Under the pieces are notes generated by a model, which was not told where the DNA came from, ran no database searches, and was given only the letters and a program-made list of their open reading frames with translations. The position numbers and the translations under genes are program-made. From a virus, in the IMG/VR virus record IMGVR_UViG_3300044729_001490, positions 6,388 through 70,387 of that record: a stretch of 64,000 nucleotides of DNA. One strand, 5' to 3'. Of the stretch, positions 1 through 14,200 are shown piece after piece (within the stretch, counting starts at the first letter, position 1; the number at the start of each line of letters is the position of its first letter).

Positions 1-462
1 GAGTACGACCATGAAACTCGCGGAGTGTACATTCACATTCCAGATGAGGTGTCTTGGTTGTACGACACAGAGCGGCAAGGGTTCTGGCCGTTCACTGTTG
101 GGTACACTGGGTCGCATGTTGCTATAGGTCCATTGCTCCTTGGTGACGGGAATACGATTGGTCGACTTAAGCAACTCCATGGAATCACAGCTAACGGAAG
201 CGTAGACATTACTTGGCGAGTTCTTGTAGCTGACACGGCTGAGCAGGTTAGCGTCAATGCGAAGGCTGCTATTGTCGCTTTGATTGACGGAGACGATGCT
301 TCAAATGTTCACAGTACGGGAGTTTGGACGGCTGGAATAAATCACAGGAGCTTTCCTCGGTCGAGAGGTCAGTACACGATTCTGTTGTTGTCTGCGGAAA
401 GCGGCAACTGGGCTTGGGAAGGTGCGTCGATAGTAATAGAGCCATCAGGAAAGTGGAGGTAG
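1..462 (+). CDS. Virion tail protein, C-terminal part (gene begins before the window)
   Basis: Frame is open from position 1; beta-rich; first gene of a tightly packed structural block. Function inferred from context only. Confidence 0.45.
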   Translation, partial: EYDHETRGVYIHIPDEVSWLYDTERQGFWPFTVGYTGSHVAIGPLLLGDGNTIGRLKQLHGITANGSVDITWRVLVADTAEQVSVNAKAAIVALIDGDDASNVHSTGVWTAGINHRSFPRSRGQYTILLLSAESGNWAWEGASIVIEPSGKWR

Positions 463-466
463 TAAA

Positions 467-2686
467 ATGCCGATAGAAGTACCAGAAATACCAGAAGTAC
501 CATATCAGTTCCCAAGACAGGATGAGATATACTACCCAGACGTCGCCAACCCAATTCTCGGTGTAGTTTGGAACACGCAAACTATTACGCGAGTCCCAGA
601 GAATGTCATGGGGTGGCTTGTTGCGCAAGGGTATCAAGTTACTGGTATCACTCAAGACACAACGACAGTCCCGCCAACTAATTACTTCTCGCTTACAAAG
701 GAGGAGGTAGACCCACAGCAAACGCTACTGAGTGTTTGCAATGCCTACACTTCTGCCGTCAATAACGCGAGGGACGCAAATGAGCATCGGTACAATCAGG
801 TAGTTACCAGCTGGTCGCAAATGGTCAGCACCTCGCAAGAGCAGTTTAATAAACAGGTAGAGCAGCAGAATGAGCAAGCTGGGATATTTTTTACTGACTT
901 AGATAGCTACATGACTGCTATCGAAACGTTAATCGCAGATAACCAGTCGGAGTTTGCATTAGACGCATCGGAAGCAAAAGTCTCGCTGGTGGTAATGGAC
1001 TCGCGATTGACTGAGCTGGAAGACAATGCGGCGGATAGCGCAGTTATCATCACCAATTTGTTGACTGAGCAAGAAAATAACCTGCAGGCATACATCTCCA
1101 GCTACGATGCTCGACTTGCTGAATTGCAGAATAATGTTACCGACCATATAGCCACAGTGCTTGCTGACGTGAGTTCGCTTGAAGCAGTGCTTGAGTCTCA
1201 CGTCGCAGACTATGCGCAGCAGTTCGATTTGCTAGTTTCGAATTACAATAATCACGTAGTGGATATTGACGCCTTGCTGGCAAACGTAGCTAGCAACGTT
1301 ACAACCTACGTTACGGATGTTGCTACAATTTTGACTGCGTTAGACAGCGACTACCAGGCTGTATCGACAGATCTTGGTGCAATCAGGACAACCGCTGGAA
1401 ACTTGGTTGATGCGCATGTGCTTGATTATAACGCAGTCTTGGCTTTGCTAAGCAGCGACTACACAACACAGGCGTCGACAATTAGAGCTGTTGTGAATTT
1501 CCTGTTTCCAGACTACGCGGCACATGCAACGGTCACCAGAAATATCACTGGTACGCTGGAGAGCGACTACCTATTGCACAGTCCAGCAGCCACGGCTTTT
1601 CTGGATGACCTCGGGTCTACGGAGCGTGCCAGGATAAACGAGCAAGCTGCCGCAAGTCTTTCGGTGCAGATGCAAATGCTTGTGTCTAAGGGGTTGTATA
1701 TGTCAACCATCCCTGTCGACGTTACGCAGCGAAACTGGCGGGACAGGGATGAGAATATTCAGCTGCATAACGACCGCTTGATGCGAGAGAAGTACGACAA
1801 TCAGCACAGGTTATACGAACAGCAGCGTGGCGTGCGTTCGCAGACAATGGACAACGAGCACAGGCTGTACGAACAGCAGCGTGCAATGCGTGCGCAGATA
1901 ATCGACGCTGAAGGGCGGCTGTACGAACAGCAGGCTGGCATGAGAGCTCGGACGCTTGATGGCAAAAACCAAGTCCACACAGTGCAGCAGGAGGTGTTGC
2001 GGTACCAGGCTTCGTTAATCAGTGGAGTCTATGCGTTGCTCCAAGACACTCGCAATCGCGTGCTGTCAGGTAAGCAAGCTATTTTTGCAGCTAGAGACGC
2101 CAATGAGAGGCTTGGAATAGAAGTTCAAACACGGCTATATTCGCAATTGCAAGACGTACGGCAGAGGATAATCGAATCTGCCGACAGGATTTATCAGTTG
2201 CGGGATGTGTACGCCAAGTGGGCTAACACAGAGACGCACCGAACCTATGAACAATTGCAGCAAATAAAGCAACAGTTTGTGGAAGCAGTCGAGCGTCAGC
2301 ACGCAGCGAAACAAACAGTAACTCGGACCGAGATGTCGCAGAGGGATACGCTTTTGCAGCAACTGCAAACAGCACTTACTGGCGTTCTTGGCGGAAAAGA
2401 AAGATTCTCGAACTTGCTTATGCAGAACGCTAACGCATTGTCCGCCAGCAAGCATAGAGCAATCGCAGAAAGAATGAACACTGCGGCACAGCGACTTGAT
2501 GGCTGGAAGTCTATTGCTGACGAGAACCGCAAGTTAATGATGTACCAATTGGACGAGAGGAACAAGCTGCTTGTTGGCTTGTACTCATTCGTTGAGCGCC
2601 GCGATGACATAGGTCCATCTTGGCAAGATGCGGCAAGAGTTGTTACTTCGCTCGGAGATGCTGCTGGAGGCTGGATCCAGCCCTGA
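467..2686 (+). CDS. Long alpha-helical/coiled-coil virion protein, possibly internal or ejection
   Basis: 739 aa, GGAGG SD, Q/A/L-rich heptads, internal 18-aa RLYEQQ repeats. Confidence 0.55.
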   Translation: MPIEVPEIPEVPYQFPRQDEIYYPDVANPILGVVWNTQTITRVPENVMGWLVAQGYQVTGITQDTTTVPPTNYFSLTKEEVDPQQTLLSVCNAYTSAVNNARDANEHRYNQVVTSWSQMVSTSQEQFNKQVEQQNEQAGIFFTDLDSYMTAIETLIADNQSEFALDASEAKVSLVVMDSRLTELEDNAADSAVIITNLLTEQENNLQAYISSYDARLAELQNNVTDHIATVLADVSSLEAVLESHVADYAQQFDLLVSNYNNHVVDIDALLANVASNVTTYVTDVATILTALDSDYQAVSTDLGAIRTTAGNLVDAHVLDYNAVLALLSSDYTTQASTIRAVVNFLFPDYAAHATVTRNITGTLESDYLLHSPAATAFLDDLGSTERARINEQAAASLSVQMQMLVSKGLYMSTIPVDVTQRNWRDRDENIQLHNDRLMREKYDNQHRLYEQQRGVRSQTMDNEHRLYEQQRAMRAQIIDAEGRLYEQQAGMRARTLDGKNQVHTVQQEVLRYQASLISGVYALLQDTRNRVLSGKQAIFAARDANERLGIEVQTRLYSQLQDVRQRIIESADRIYQLRDVYAKWANTETHRTYEQLQQIKQQFVEAVERQHAAKQTVTRTEMSQRDTLLQQLQTALTGVLGGKERFSNLLMQNANALSASKHRAIAERMNTAAQRLDGWKSIADENRKLMMYQLDERNKLLVGLYSFVERRDDIGPSWQDAARVVTSLGDAAGGWIQP

Positions 2687-2747
2687 TGATTGATTTGCGG
2701 CTTAAAGCGTGTTTTTGTGTAGATGACTAACTTAAAGGAAAAAGAAA

Positions 2748-3386
2748 ATGGCTAATCCTACAAACCTACCTGGCGACTTGATTGTTCCAGGCGATATTCG
2801 CGTAACTGGCAAGATGTCGCCAGCAATGTCCAAGGCGAACATCCTCGCCTTAGCTGAACTGCAAGCGTTCCCTGTTTCGCTGACTGACTTTCGAGTTTGG
2901 GATGCCATGCAGACCAGCCTGCCTGGAACGCCAGCTACTGACGACCTTGGCTTAGTGGGTGGAACATTCGGAACGGCGACTCCATCGCTGAGGTCAGAAG
3001 ACTTAAAGACTCTTGGCGCGACTAACAAGCGAGCTCGAGTCTTGGTGCAACTTCCGTGGGAGTACGTGGCTGGCGAAAGCGTTACACTGCGATTCATGGC
3101 TGGAATGATTACGACGGTCGCCGGAACAACTGCAACCATCGACTGCGAGGCTTATAAGCTTCAGTCTGACCCTGATGACGCTATCGGTTCTGACCTCGTT
3201 AGCACATCTGCGACGACCATGAACAGTCTTGTATTTGCGAATGTCGACTTCGTGGTGACTCCAAGTTCGTTGTCTCCTGGAGACATTCTGGACGTTCGCG
3301 TCACGTGTGCAGTAAATGACGGAGCTTCGGCGACCGCGGTTATTGCTGGCATAACATCCTGCAAATTACTTTGTGACGTTCGGTAG
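2748..3386 (+). CDS. Putative structural (tail/decoration) protein
   Basis: 212 aa, AAGGA SD, beta-sandwich-like composition. Confidence 0.5.
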   Translation: MANPTNLPGDLIVPGDIRVTGKMSPAMSKANILALAELQAFPVSLTDFRVWDAMQTSLPGTPATDDLGLVGGTFGTATPSLRSEDLKTLGATNKRARVLVQLPWEYVAGESVTLRFMAGMITTVAGTTATIDCEAYKLQSDPDDAIGSDLVSTSATTMNSLVFANVDFVVTPSSLSPGDILDVRVTCAVNDGASATAVIAGITSCKLLCDVR

Positions 3387-3394
3387 AGCATTCA

Positions 3395-3417
3395 TTTTGT
3401 GACAGCGTGTCACAAAA
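3395..3417. repeat. Dispersed palindrome copy 1 (TTTTGTGACAGCGTGTCACAAAA)
   Basis: 17-bp core at 3398-3414, just after the stop at 3386. Confidence 0.95.
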
Positions 3418-3438
3418 ACTACGGAAGGCAGGTGTAGC

Positions 3439-6330
<2,892 letters not shown>

Positions 6331-6337
6331 GTGAGTT

Positions 6338-6757
6338 ATGGGTTGGTTTGGACCAAGTGGAGATTGCGGATGCTGCGAGGAGCCGTGCGAGCCTTCCGTG
6401 TCTATTACAAAAAGCGTTTCGCCGAACCCAATCACTTTAGGAAACATTGCGTCGTGGACAATTACAGTCACAAATACGTCAAGCTGCGAAGTTCCAGCTG
6501 GAATCGAAGTGAGCGACCAATTGCCGGATGAATCAGACATACTCTATGAAACAGGTTCTCAATATGGTGGAACTTCAAACGATTCTACGTCAGCACCGAT
6601 TTTAACTTGGGTACTGCCAGCGATACCAGTAGGACAGTCTGTTGTGCTTGGTTACGACACAGACACACTTTCAACAGGCACATTTACCAACTTAGCAACA
6701 ATCGATGCGGGAACTGGCGTGGGACAATCAGACTCCGAAAGCCTAACCGTAAATTAA
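6338..6757 (+). CDS. DUF11-like Ig-fold protein with Cys-rich N-terminus
   Basis: SITKSVSPNPITLG...WTITVTN...VSDQLP pattern; N-terminal CGCC. Confidence 0.7.
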   Translation: MGWFGPSGDCGCCEEPCEPSVSITKSVSPNPITLGNIASWTITVTNTSSCEVPAGIEVSDQLPDESDILYETGSQYGGTSNDSTSAPILTWVLPAIPVGQSVVLGYDTDTLSTGTFTNLATIDAGTGVGQSDSESLTVN

Positions 6758-6858
6758 CACAACAGAAATTATTTGGGACGATGCTGTCAAGTTATGGAAT
6801 TGGAACCAGTATCATGGAGAGACAGGAATACACTAATGCTATTGGAGAGTAAAAAATA

Positions 6859-7926
6859 ATGCGAATCGTAGCCACAATGCTCGCGGGAAATACTGAGGCT
6901 ATCGCTGCAGATGCTGCCACCTCTGTCATTGATTTTGTTGACGAACTATGCCTTATCAACACTGGCATTACGGATAACACAATAGGCGTGGTGCGTGACG
7001 CAGTTGGCGACAAACTACATGTGGAAAGTTATGCATGGACTAACGATTTTGGTGCGGCACGCAACGCTGCACTCGAATGCGCTTTAAAGCGCGGAGCTGA
7101 CTGGTCGCTTTTTGTAGATACAGATGAGCGTTTTGCATTTCCAGGCTATAAAACACGCAGTGAACTAAACCAAGCGCTTGATGGAGCAAATATCTGGCTT
7201 GTGCAGCAACAGAACGGCACGTACGCTCAGGATCGATTTATCAGAATCCCAACTAATGCGTTCTGGCACGGAAGAGTACACGAGGGGCTTTGTAGTACTG
7301 AGAAGCGTTCAATACTTCCCGGTTGTTCGTTCTACGAGCTACCGAAAAACCCAGAATCGCTTAAGTCTAAGTTTGAACGCGATTTAGTTGTTTTGCTGGA
7401 AGAGGTGGCTGTACACAAGGACAAGCCTAGATGGCACTACTATCTCGGTCAGACACTGGAATGCCTTGGCGAGACAAGAAAGGCTATAGATGCTTACGAT
7501 AACTGCATAATGCTCGATGGGTGGGCTGATGAATCAGCGTGGGCTTGCTATACCGCAGCCCGATGCTGCTCAACACTTGGCGAGTATAAGCAGGCTGAGA
7601 AGTTCTGTGCCGCTGGGATGACAAGGAAGCCACGCATGCCAGAGCTTCCGTGGCTTGCAGGTTGGTGCTGCTACAAACGCGGAGCGTACGAAGATGCGAT
7701 AGCGTGGAGCGAGGTTGCTGCTGCTCTTGGAGGAAGAACAGCTCGCCACGACTCTGGCATGTTTGTGTATCCACCAGCTTGGTGGGAGGCTCCGTACGAT
7801 GTGATGCGATGGTCGTATAAAGCGATGGGGCATCGGGATGCAGAGCTAGCGGAAGAAAGATTTAAGGAGATGCTCGCCTTTCGAACTAACAAAACGATTA
7901 GCGGGAGTTTAGGTTATGCCAAGTAG
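6859..7926 (+). CDS. Glycosyltransferase family 2 with TPR repeats
   Basis: WTNDFGAARNAAL...WSLFVDTDE (DxD)...GRVHE motifs; C-terminal TPR (YYLGQTLECLG...AIDAY). Confidence 0.9.
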   Translation: MRIVATMLAGNTEAIAADAATSVIDFVDELCLINTGITDNTIGVVRDAVGDKLHVESYAWTNDFGAARNAALECALKRGADWSLFVDTDERFAFPGYKTRSELNQALDGANIWLVQQQNGTYAQDRFIRIPTNAFWHGRVHEGLCSTEKRSILPGCSFYELPKNPESLKSKFERDLVVLLEEVAVHKDKPRWHYYLGQTLECLGETRKAIDAYDNCIMLDGWADESAWACYTAARCCSTLGEYKQAEKFCAAGMTRKPRMPELPWLAGWCCYKRGAYEDAIAWSEVAAALGGRTARHDSGMFVYPPAWWEAPYDVMRWSYKAMGHRDAELAEERFKEMLAFRTNKTISGSLGYAK

Positions 7927-8863
7927 GAGGTGCTGCTGCGGAGGGGGAATTTGTAATATTAGTGGTTGCATTGAGGCCGGGCAAGCCTACTGTGCTTCAG
8001 CCGAAGCAGCCGAATCCTACATCATCTATTTAGACATAGACTCTGCACTTCTGGGGGTTGGTGATACTTTGTGTTGTGATGACATGTGGCAAGCTAGACT
8101 CGAGACACCTCCCGCTGTACTTCTTTTTCCTGTGTCAACATACTCGTGTATCTACGAAGACGAGGTAGAAGATGCTTGCGGGAGACTGTATCTTGAAGTC
8201 ATTAGTGCAACTTCAATTAAGGTCACACTGGAATTAGCTAGCGGTCAAACTATAGTTTGGAAAAACACCACAACTGCTGACCCGCTTTGCCCAACAGTAG
8301 TGAGATATTCGGCAGAGGACTCCGACCCGCCTGACGACTGTGCGTGGCGCTCTAGGCTATGTGTCTATCCGCGTGGCTCTTGCTGTCCTGACTTTGTTTA
8401 CCCAAAAACTTTGTACGTCACTTTGGTTGATACTGGCAACTGCGATTGCGACGTGACTGCCGTCAATAACACGGTTTCGTTAATCGAATTTGCGCCTCGG
8501 CATGATTTAGTGCCAGTACCGCCGTTGCTTAACGGTATTGTGCTTGCTAACCCATTTAAGCTGAAGGCTCGCTATCGTGGCACGCTAATAGTCGGAGACT
8601 GTGGTCTATCAGGATTGATTGAATTATGGTGCTACGATGACTTTGATTTTGCGGATGGTATTGGAGATATGGTGTGGATGTTTAACTGGGAAGTCATGGG
8701 AGGCGCTCCTTGCTTAGAAGGAGTTGTCATTGGAGCAAACGCTCCAATGAACGCCCCAGACATAACATGCGATCCATTTATAATTACGTTTTCGGCTATT
8801 ACTGACCTAGCTGGCTGCTGCCCTAACGGCGGCTCTAATTTAACGGTGATATTCAGTGAATAA
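7916..8863 (+). CDS. Cysteine-rich putative virion protein
   Basis: 315 aa, RRCCC N-terminus, more than 20 Cys. Confidence 0.6.
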   Translation: MPSRRCCCGGGICNISGCIEAGQAYCASAEAAESYIIYLDIDSALLGVGDTLCCDDMWQARLETPPAVLLFPVSTYSCIYEDEVEDACGRLYLEVISATSIKVTLELASGQTIVWKNTTTADPLCPTVVRYSAEDSDPPDDCAWRSRLCVYPRGSCCPDFVYPKTLYVTLVDTGNCDCDVTAVNNTVSLIEFAPRHDLVPVPPLLNGIVLANPFKLKARYRGTLIVGDCGLSGLIELWCYDDFDFADGIGDMVWMFNWEVMGGAPCLEGVVIGANAPMNAPDITCDPFIITFSAITDLAGCCPNGGSNLTVIFSE

Positions 8864-9332
8864 TTTACGTTGCGAAGACCTACCTGGACGATTACGAGAC
8901 ATCTGTCGCGGACACGACGAACAGGGCGTTCCTGTCTTAACTTTAGAAAAATGCAATAAATACAGGGACTTTTTTATTAACGGACAATTTAAAGCTGACC
9001 ATAGCGGTGCGGCTGCTGTTTTTAAAGAAAGAGCCGTAGGAAAAAAAGTTGCTTCAGTCTCAAAGGCAGAGCAAGGCAGGGCTCTTTGGAAAGAACTGTT
9101 TTTAGCGGTTGAAACTGAATTTCAGTTGCAAAATTGGGAACAGAAGATTCCAAAATACGGCTGCTCGTGTTCCAGTTTTTACACCAAATGGAAATCAAAC
9201 CATATTCCGTCGTTTCCGTTATCATTTGAATGGAAACATTCTCTCAAATCCGCAGTCAACCAGAAACTTGGGCACCCAGACCTCGCTTTAGAAGAAGCCC
9301 GTGCCTTTTGGAACTCACAATCAGGAACCTAA
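8856..9332 (+). CDS. Erv1/Alr-like sulfhydryl-oxidase-related protein (divergent)
   Basis: C-terminal ..IPKYGCSC..F...FEWKHSLKSAVNQKLGHP resembles the Erv CxxC...WxxxxHNxVNxKLGKP signature. Confidence 0.5.
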   Translation: MNNLRCEDLPGRLRDICRGHDEQGVPVLTLEKCNKYRDFFINGQFKADHSGAAAVFKERAVGKKVASVSKAEQGRALWKELFLAVETEFQLQNWEQKIPKYGCSCSSFYTKWKSNHIPSFPLSFEWKHSLKSAVNQKLGHPDLALEEARAFWNSQSGT

Positions 9333-9335
9333 TAA

Positions 9336-11171
9336 ATGGCGATACGAATTGTTAGTGACGCGGCGGCTGTCGTCATTCCTCCAAATCAATCTAGCAGGAA
9401 ATACGGTCAGCAACTCGTATTGCAGCAGCAGAAGTACGCGAACGACCAGCGGCAGTTGCAGCAGGAGAACATGTACGACCGCCAAAGGCTGTTTACGCAG
9501 AATGCCATGCAGTTGCAGCGTGAGCAGGAGCGAAGGAATCAGCTAGGTCAGCAAGCGTTAGCAGACTTGAATGCAAAGCAGGTTTTCGGTGCGCAGAAAG
9601 CTGACGCGGCTCAGGTCGCTCAAAAGCAAAAAGAGAGACAAGCAGCCGAGAAAGAGGCGCAGCAACGAGCGGCACAGTTAAAAGCTCAGGAGCGTGCAGA
9701 TGATTTTGCTGGCATAAAGTCTGGGGCTTTCCGCGGCAAGACAGCCGCCGAGTTAGAGGCTACTTATGCACTTGAAACGCAAATTGACCTTCAGGCGGAA
9801 CGTGGCGAACTGGATGAGGCGCAGAGGGCAGACGCGCACAGGCAAAACTATGCCGCACGCAGCAAACTTAGAGAGGCTCGCATTGCTATGCCATCGATGG
9901 CGGATAGGGGCAATGAGAATCTGCAGTATTACGTTCCGAGCAAAAGAGGCTTTGTCAATCGCGAAGAGGTGGATACTTTAAATCCAGATGTTGAAGTTCA
10001 GGTTTATCAGGACGGTAAACTAATGCCTACTCCTGCTTCTCAGCAGCCGCAACTCCCATTGTCGTATGAGGAATACATTGATTTTGAGCCTGACAAGGCT
10101 GACAAATCGCTTGACGCAAAAATTGCTGAGTTGCGAGATAGGTCTTTAGGCGGAGGGAAACAGTACGACACTGATGAAGAACTAGAAAACGCCGCCTATG
10201 CCGAATTGAAGGGCAAGTATGAGCGTCAACGTAGTCGTGCTGCTAGCGCAAGGCAAAAGCCTGTGGCACCCGCAATTCCACCGCAAGGCGGTCAGCCTGC
10301 AATGCCACCAGTACAAGCTCCAGCACAGCAACCGGAGATGGGGATGCAAGACCTCGAGCCGACTTACAATGAAGACAAAACGACTGTAGCGTCAGGGCAA
10401 CCTGTAATGCCACCTGCTGAAATAGGTCAGCCTGTTCAGGCAATGCCGCCTGCTGAAGCGAATCAGCCTGTAGCTCAAGGTCAGCCAGCAGCTGCGCCAA
10501 TGCGAGCTTACCACCAAGATGGACGCATATTCGAGCAATCGCCAGATGGGAATTGGAAAGAAGTTAAAGATGTAGCGTCGCAGCCAATTCAGCAAGCTGA
10601 TGGAAGTATGTGGCAGCAATCTCCAACTGATGGTGCTTGGAGGCAAGTACAGCCGACTCAGGTAGCGCAACCCGCGACTCAGCCTGTAATGCAGCCTGCT
10701 CGTCCACTACAGCCAGGCGAAGAGGAAGGCGGGTCTACGTTCGCTCCTAAAGCTCCAGTCGTAATGCAACAGCCTACAGAGACTCTTCCTGTAGACCAGA
10801 CTGGTATGCAGCCTCCAGCACAGAACGTGTGGGCAGAAGTCGCAATGCCAGAACAGCAAAAGCCTGAAGAAGAAATGGCAGACGTCGCAGCTTCTGCAAA
10901 ACAGCCTGTTGTACCGGCGGCGCCAGACTTCAAAAAACTTGCAGGCAGGATGACAGACTCCACGGATCGAGTTGTGCTAGGCAAGTTGCAAAGCATGTAC
11001 GACAACCAGACTCCCGATATTCAAAGTGCAATAGGCGTTGTCGTTGACCCTGAAGCAGATCCAAAGATGACTGCACAGGCGTATTTGTATTTGAAAAGCA
11101 AAGGTATTGATATTTCGCAATTGGCTAAGACCAAGAAACGTCAGCTTCCTGGGATGTCAGGAATAAAATAG
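9336..11171 (+). CDS. Putative internal virion/DNA ejection protein (Q/P/A-rich)
   Basis: 611 aa, low complexity, directly upstream of the giant protein. Confidence 0.55.
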   Translation: MAIRIVSDAAAVVIPPNQSSRKYGQQLVLQQQKYANDQRQLQQENMYDRQRLFTQNAMQLQREQERRNQLGQQALADLNAKQVFGAQKADAAQVAQKQKERQAAEKEAQQRAAQLKAQERADDFAGIKSGAFRGKTAAELEATYALETQIDLQAERGELDEAQRADAHRQNYAARSKLREARIAMPSMADRGNENLQYYVPSKRGFVNREEVDTLNPDVEVQVYQDGKLMPTPASQQPQLPLSYEEYIDFEPDKADKSLDAKIAELRDRSLGGGKQYDTDEELENAAYAELKGKYERQRSRAASARQKPVAPAIPPQGGQPAMPPVQAPAQQPEMGMQDLEPTYNEDKTTVASGQPVMPPAEIGQPVQAMPPAEANQPVAQGQPAAAPMRAYHQDGRIFEQSPDGNWKEVKDVASQPIQQADGSMWQQSPTDGAWRQVQPTQVAQPATQPVMQPARPLQPGEEEGGSTFAPKAPVVMQQPTETLPVDQTGMQPPAQNVWAEVAMPEQQKPEEEMADVAASAKQPVVPAAPDFKKLAGRMTDSTDRVVLGKLQSMYDNQTPDIQSAIGVVVDPEADPKMTAQAYLYLKSKGIDISQLAKTKKRQLPGMSGIK

Positions 11172-11200
11172 TCACCAGCAGAAGGGAAAGATGGACAATC

Positions 11201-14200
11201 ATGGGAACATTGACGCAAAGAATAGAGCAAGCAGAAAAGGATGCTGCGAAGTCTGGCGATGAAATTGAAGGCTTGGGGCGAGTTGATGAACGCGAAAAGG
11301 CGATTATTGACCGCCACAAAAGCGAATTGCCTGGAGGAAGTCTAATGCAAAAGATTTCCACTGGATTGGCAGACATGGAGATAGAAGACCGCCGACAGAA
11401 ACGTGCTTACGCAGAAAAGCCACCAACGGCACTTGCACAAATGACGGTTGACCCAGCGAGAGAGATGCTTGCAAACCTTGGCGACAGAGCAAGAGTTCTT
11501 GATGTTTATCGCAAGTTGTCTCCAGAGCAACGACAGGAAGCGTTAAAACTAGCCCCAGGTATTGCACAGATGGGCGGCGATGATCGAGGTGGCTTTACTG
11601 GTCGCGTAGGAAGTGCAGTCGCTCGCGGAATAGCTGGTGTGTCTCAGCCGATTATGGAGTTGCTGGGTGGTGGAGGTAGTTCCGAAGAAATTGAGTTCAT
11701 TCGCAAACTGGAAGGGGCTGCAGCTCAAGAGTTCAATCCAGCTCTCCCAAGTGATCCGTGGTATGAACGCGGTCCATTGCAAGCAGTCGAGATGCTTCCG
11801 TGGATGGCGACAACGGTAGGCGGTGCTGGGCTCGGGCGTGCTGCTGCTACTGGAATTGCTGGACGATTAGCTACTAGCGCTGCTGCTGGCAGCAAAGCGG
11901 CTGGCGTCGTCCAGAAGGCTGGACAGGTAGTTGGAAGTCTTCCGACCAAAGTACCAGTAGTTGGGAAATATATACCTGCATTGACTGCTGGCAAAGCTGG
12001 CGAGTTGGCTGGAATCACAACAGCGGCATTTCCATCGCAATACGCACAAGAAGTCGACCAGCTTAAAGCGTTGGGCATGGCTGATGATACAAGACTGCGA
12101 CTCTTGGCTGGAGGAACAGCGGCGGTTACTGGTCTTATTGAGGGGATTGTTCCAAATCCGTTTGGTGGCGGAAAAGTGTCGTTGACCGAGGGTGCTACTA
12201 AAGCTGCAAGACAGTATCTTTGGAACGCTGCTAAGAATGCTCCTGCAGAATTAACGGAAGAGTACCTACAAGGCGTTACGAGCGGTCTTGGCGAGCATGT
12301 CGCACAACATATTGGAAATGCAGCGGTTGATAAAGACGGAAATATTACCCCAATACAGAAGAAGTCTATTGCAGATTCTTTCAGTAAAGGCTGGAAGCAA
12401 GCGCAAGAAGCAGCGTTACCTATGGCGTTTCTGCTTGGCGTCCCAGCTGTTGGTGGAGCTAGTCTAACGGCAGCGCGAGCACAACGATTGCAACAAACTC
12501 TATCTAAGGGTTTTGTTTCAGAAGATGACGCTAAGCAGCTGGGTATATACGGCAACAGCCGCAAAGAACGAGAGGCTAGCGCGAAGGCGGAACTCGAGAA
12601 ACTGCAAGCTCAAGTCGCTCAGGAGTCAACTGCAACAAACGAAACTGCCGCAAGTGCAGAGTTGCCAGTCACTCTTGGAGCAAAGGAATTTACTTCTCCT
12701 TCGCTGCCAGAGCAGTCAGTACCCACTGATGAAGAGCAAGTTAAGTCGCAGTATGCTGAAGAAATCGCACGTCGACGAGCTGCAAAAACTCAACCACAAC
12801 CAACTGGTGACACCGCACCACCACCCGAACAAACGCCGCCTGAAGACGTGGCACCTTTTATTTCAGAGGAGCAAATCCGTGACAGCGTGTCACCAGTGCC
12901 ACCCACACAGACTGAAGTTCGTGACAGCGTGTCACAAAATGAACAAGTACCTGCTGTAGATGCTATTGGCGAGCGAATGAAGATAATGAATACGCCTGTT
13001 GTGCGTTCTAGTATCTTTACTGACAAAGATAACATTCGATATGAGATGTTTGAATCTGATGACGGCAAAAGTGGTATTGTTCGGTCGACAGACGTCGACT
13101 CTGGTAATGTCGTTTCTATTAAAAAGTACCCGAGCATCAACACTGCCAAGAATGCGTTTGATAAGGTTCAGGGAAGTCGAGAACAATCGCAACCCACTGC
13201 ACAGCCTGCTGCGCCCGAAGCGACCGTCACTACTTCGGTGCCACCAAGTAAAGCGATAGAGCCGTTCTTAACGCCTGAATGGCGAGCTAATCGCAAGAAG
13301 GAAATTACAGAAAGACCAGGCGCACCTGTTCCTAACGGAGAAAAGCAAAGAGCACTCATCGAGAAGGCAGTAGAAGAGCAGATTAATAAAGAAATCGAGA
13401 TGCTGACGAAGTATCCTCCTGGAACGAAGCTAATGGTTGGCGGCTACGAGCAAGTTCAGACGGTAATGCCTGATGGAAAGTTGTTGGACGCAAGTGGTCG
13501 GACTTACGCTGGTAATGCTGGTACTGTTCTTAAAGACTACGAGCCTGAGCAGATCAGAGTCATATCGAGTCTAGAGCCGAAAGTGAAGCAATCTGCTTCT
13601 ATGGTGCCAGAAGGCATATTAGAAGTAAGCGACGAATCGTCGGCTGCAGAAATTGATCGCAGGATGAAAGAGAAATCTCGTGACACGGTGCCTCGAGGCG
13701 ACTTAAAGCGTGCATTGAACAGATGGAAAGGCGATCCGTCTTCGATGCAATTACTGATCAGTGACATCCAAAGCGGTCAGTCTCCATCGAGCCAGAACGG
13801 CGTAGACGCCGCATCGATCCTGAACGAGGTCAGCTCTGCGCCAATGAATCCTGTCACGCTTTACCGTGGCGATTCTAGTAGTAGAGGTGGAGTACTTGAA
13901 CTCACTTCAGATAGAAACGTCGCTGAAGGTTTTGCAAAACATTACGGAGGGCAAGTTACGGAGTTTCCTGCTGGGACAATTCAAGCGTTAAATATAGAGG
14001 AAGCTACTGGACGTTCTGATGTGGAAAAGGGGTGGATCGGGCTGCTGCCAGATCCGAATGCGAAAAATAAAGGATCCGTGTCTCCTGGCGTGGTGTCAGG
14101 GGAGTCTCAACGTGACCAGGAGAAACAAGATGCTCCAAAGACCAAGAAGGGAGGTGATCCTAATGAAGTCGAAGCCAAAGATGGGCGGCAAAAGCAAGCC

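Noticed and set aside
1790-1950. Three ~25-bp repeats at 54-nt spacing (..TACGAACAGCAG..) resembling a CRISPR array
   Set aside because: In-frame 18-aa protein repeats with synonymous variation.
13679-13695. GTGACACGGTGCC as an additional palindrome copy
   Set aside because: The right arm is degenerate, so it was not counted.
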